NCBI GenBank assembly: GCA_965226555.1
Contig: CBDDDG010000010.1
Span: forward strand, 32,001 to 96,000
DNA from: Salinispira sp.
GTDB lineage: Bacteria; Spirochaetota; Spirochaetia; DSM-27196; Salinispiraceae
Length of the DNA: 64,000 bases
Direction: 5' to 3'
The translations under genes were made by a program, and so were the position numbers. This document shows, piece after piece, positions 60,794 through 64,000 of this stretch. The notes under the pieces were generated by a model. That model worked only from the letters and a program-made list of their open reading frames with translations, was not told the origin of the DNA and searched no databases. Numbering within the stretch: position 1 is the first letter of the stretch; each line of letters opens with the position of its first letter.

Positions 60794-61945
60794 ATGAACT
60801 ATATTTTTTACGGACCTGATGCGGGAGATCGTCTGGAACGCATCCAGAATCTCCGCAGAAAATTGGAACATACCTATGGCGATGAGCTTTTTGTATACCG
60901 ATACTATCTCTCCGAAGACAAGGTCGCAAAAATCATTTCCAACCTAGACAACGGCACGCTCTTTGCTGCCCACACCTTTGTTATTATCAACAATGCCGAA
61001 CTTCTCAGCCGCAAAGACGACATTCGCGCATTTCGAACTCTTCTGTCGAAACGTGACGATACAACCACCCTAATATTTTCCTCCGATTCCGATAAATTGA
61101 ACCGCGATCTTCTCGCCCTCGTGAAGCCGAAGCAGCAGGAGAAGTTTGAAGAATTGACCGATAGTCAGAAACGCCATTGGATCATTGATTATCTGCGGAA
61201 GCAGCATATTGATATGGATGACGAGGCATTGGAGTTGTTCATTTCTCTTGTGAGCGACGATATTCACAGCATGAAGCAGGAGCTTGATAAACTTCTGCTC
61301 TTTGTGAGGTCTGAACTGCCGGGGGGCGGCACGGCGGGCGATGAATCGGCGGACGGTACGGCGGTGCTGCTCACAAGCGAACCTGTGGAGCAATACATAT
61401 ATCATTCCCGGGAAGAATCGGTTTTTACCCTTTTCAGCGCCTATGCCCAGCAGGATTTTCCGAAGGCTCTGGAGATTCTCAATAAACTCCAAGGTGGAGG
61501 CGCCAGCCAGGAAACGTCCATTCTTTCCCGAATGATCTACCATATCCGGCAGCTTGCCACGCTCGGCAATGTGCGGGATCAACGAAATCTGCAAAGCAGC
61601 GACTTTAGAAATGCCCGGGTATTTGGCCCGCACAATGCCGCGCTGTACCGTTCGGCTTTAAACCGCCTGAGTACGGGGGCAATTCAGTCCCATGTATTAA
61701 TCTGTAGTGAATGTGAAATGATGCTGCGCCGCCACAAATCTGCCATTCACCGCCATATACTACAGTTGTGGCTGTATAATCTTTTCTTTTTTCCTGCGGG
61801 AGATGATGGGGACGGCGGTTCCGGCGACCGCTCCCGATATGGGGGTTCCCGCGAGTCCCGACGTCGCGAGGACTTTGGGGGTTCCAGCGGGTACTCGCGG
61901 GAAGCAGAGCAGGTGTTCAGCGCAGATCATCGGCGTTTTGAATAA
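60794..61945 (+). CDS. holA: DNA polymerase III delta subunit
   Basis: YIFYGPD, TLFA, QELDKLLLF, SVFTL. Confidence 0.8.
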   Translation: MNYIFYGPDAGDRLERIQNLRRKLEHTYGDELFVYRYYLSEDKVAKIISNLDNGTLFAAHTFVIINNAELLSRKDDIRAFRTLLSKRDDTTTLIFSSDSDKLNRDLLALVKPKQQEKFEELTDSQKRHWIIDYLRKQHIDMDDEALELFISLVSDDIHSMKQELDKLLLFVRSELPGGGTAGDESADGTAVLLTSEPVEQYIYHSREESVFTLFSAYAQQDFPKALEILNKLQGGGASQETSILSRMIYHIRQLATLGNVRDQRNLQSSDFRNARVFGPHNAALYRSALNRLSTGAIQSHVLICSECEMMLRRHKSAIHRHILQLWLYNLFFFPAGDDGDGGSGDRSRYGGSRESRRREDFGGSSGYSREAEQVFSADHRRFE

Positions 61946-62149
61946 TGCAAAGTTTTGCTACTGAAAATTGGGCTCTGCAACATTCGGAAGGCGGCGCACA
62001 TATGGTTGAATTCGCCCTCTGCAAAAGTTTCTTGTTGATATTTGGGATGTTGTGGTATAGATTCTTAAAAAAGGTTTCAGCGCGTATCCGCAACGAAACA
62101 GATGCGGACTCTGTCCGACCCATTTTTTTATAAAGGAGGATATTACATA

Positions 62150-64000
62150 ATGTTTAATATTAACCAACTACGGAAAGTACAGGGGAAGTTCCCTGTATGT
62201 ATTGTAATAAGTGTGGTTCTCGCCGCGTGCCTTGCCGGATGCCCACTGCCGGAACCAACCCCGGAACCCGAGCCGGCTGCGGAACCAACAGTGGAACTAA
62301 CCGCGCCGTCTGCCATGGCGGCGCCGGAGCTTGCCGCAAGGAATAATTCGCTTGCTGTTACGTGGAACCCGCCGACCAATAACGGCGGCAGCGACATTAC
62401 CGCCTACAACCTGCGCCACCGCGCGGAGGGAAGTCCAGCAGAAAACGCAGAAAAAGCGGAGTGGACAGAGCTCAGCTACGGTATTATCGGCGCTGGCTAC
62501 ACCATTGGCGAACTGACAAACGGAATTGTTTACGAAGTGCAGATGCGCGCAGTCAACGCTCAGGGAACTGGGCCATGGTCGGAATCGGCGGCATTGGCGC
62601 CCGCGCATGTTCCCGGCGCGCCTGCCCCGCCCGTGCTTGAAGCGAAGAACACAGCGCTTACTGTTACATGGAATGCCCCGCCGGACATTGGCGGCAGCGA
62701 CATTACCGCCTACGACCTGCGCTACCGCGAGTCCCGCGATGCGGGCAATGCCGAATGGACGGAAATTGAATGGGCGAAAATTATCGAAGGCATTACCCCC
62801 GCCCCTAGTATTACTGACACACACTACACCATTGGCAGCGGACTGGCAAACGGGCTCATGTACGAAGTGCAGGCGCGCGCCATAAACGGTGAGGGAACTG
62901 GGCCGTGGTCGGAATCGGCAGTATTGGCGCCTGCCACTGTTCCCAGCGCGCCAGTTGTAACCCTCGAAGCGAACGATAGGGAACTTGTTGCGACATGGAC
63001 GGTTACTGATGACGGCGGCAACGCCATTAGCGCCTACAACCTGCGCTATCGCGAAACAGTTGGAGAAGGAGAAGAACCCGTGGAATGGACGGATCTCAGC
63101 TACGGTATTATCGGCGCGCGCTACACCTTCTCTAGGCTCACAAACGGCGCCGAGTACGAGGCGAGCATACAAGCCATTAACGCGCAGGGCACCGGCGGCT
63201 GGTCTGCGGCAGTAGCCGGCACCCCATGGTACTTTCCCCTACAGGAAGAAATTACGGCTTCCGATGCGGCTGCGAATGATAATTTTGGAAGCAGTGCCGC
63301 TATTCATGGGAATACCGCAATTGTCGGAGCGCCGTTTGATAATACTACTGCTACTGACGAAGATAATATGGAAATTACCCTCGCAGATTCCGGTAGCGCG
63401 TACATATTCACCAAAGGGAGTACTGGCAACTGGAGCCAGCAGGCAAAACTTGTCGCAACTAACGCGGTTTCCGGCGCTGAATTTGGAAACAGTGTCGCTA
63501 TTTATGAGAATACGGCAATTATCGGCGCGCAATATGATACTGTTATTACTAGTACCGGCGACTCTATGAATCCAACAATCACCACCACCCTAAATGCCGG
63601 TGCCGCATACATTTTTATCCGAGACAGCAGCACTGGCAACTGGAGCCAGCAGGCGAAACTTGTCGCAACTAACGCGGCTCCAGCTAATAGATTTGGAAGA
63701 AGTGTCGCTATTTATGAGAATACGGTAATTGTCGGCGCCCCGTTTGTAAATAATGGGGGGAATTCAAATTCTGGAAGCGCATACATTTTTACCCGAAACA
63801 GCACTGGCACCTGGTCCCAGACAGCAGAACTCCTTTCCACGGGTGCAAATTATAATTTTGGAACCAGTGTCGCTATTTATGGGAATACGATAATAGTTGG
63901 CATTCCTGGCGCAGATAGTAGTAAAGGCGCTGTACGGGAATATCGCCGGAACGGGACGACTTGGAGTGCTATTTACGGCGTCATATCCGCACAAGACCGG
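62150..64000 (+). CDS. Surface lipoprotein FN3 + FG-GAP (runs off window), inverted paralog of 17276-19537
   Basis: RBS AAGGAGG, MFNINQLRKVQGKFPVCIVISVVLAACLAGCP; DNA nearly identical to the reverse complement of ~17740-19430. Confidence 0.9.
   Translation, partial: MFNINQLRKVQGKFPVCIVISVVLAACLAGCPLPEPTPEPEPAAEPTVELTAPSAMAAPELAARNNSLAVTWNPPTNNGGSDITAYNLRHRAEGSPAENAEKAEWTELSYGIIGAGYTIGELTNGIVYEVQMRAVNAQGTGPWSESAALAPAHVPGAPAPPVLEAKNTALTVTWNAPPDIGGSDITAYDLRYRESRDAGNAEWTEIEWAKIIEGITPAPSITDTHYTIGSGLANGLMYEVQARAINGEGTGPWSESAVLAPATVPSAPVVTLEANDRELVATWTVTDDGGNAISAYNLRYRETVGEGEEPVEWTDLSYGIIGARYTFSRLTNGAEYEASIQAINAQGTGGWSAAVAGTPWYFPLQEEITASDAAANDNFGSSAAIHGNTAIVGAPFDNTTATDEDNMEITLADSGSAYIFTKGSTGNWSQQAKLVATNAVSGAEFGNSVAIYENTAIIGAQYDTVITSTGDSMNPTITTTLNAGAAYIFIRDSSTGNWSQQAKLVATNAAPANRFGRSVAIYENTVIVGAPFVNNGGNSNSGSAYIFTRNSTGTWSQTAELLSTGANYNFGTSVAIYGNTIIVGIPGADSSKGAVREYRRNGTTWSAIYGVISAQDR

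Noticed and set aside
17740..64000. Diversity-generating retroelement TR/VR pair
   Set aside because: Paralog differences include indels and are not adenine-restricted; no reverse transcriptase in the window.

Overview
Chromosomal window from a spirochaete. The evidence is a PPi-PFK/rpoN-hpf-hprK-ptsH block, flgBC-fliE, archaeal-type pyrH and spirochaete-like lipoprotein leaders. A host-associated lifestyle is inferred from the many FN3/FG-GAP/DUF285 repeat lipoproteins. From left to right the window holds: (1) a stand-alone 23S rRNA gene (minus strand) with a ~440-nt helix-45 intervening sequence that encodes its own lipoprotein-like ORF, plus a helix-68 expansion; (2) a sugar ABC + GH63 operon behind tRNA-Ala(UGC); (3) an AT-rich TerB/dynamin-like GTPase island with IS30-like ends; (4) six modular FN3 surface lipoproteins; (5) two clusters of Rpn (PD-(D/E)XK) genes with conserved intragenic start sites and orphan C-terminal mini-genes; (6) an AAC(6')-OmpA in-frame fusion; (7) a ThiS/MetY/MoeB/JAB/YeeE/rhodanese/TusA sulfur-relay operon; (8) an AT-rich type II R-M pair; (9) housekeeping genes; and (10) a dispersed ~54-bp palindromic element family. 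All calls come from reading the sequence and recalling motifs; no database search was run.
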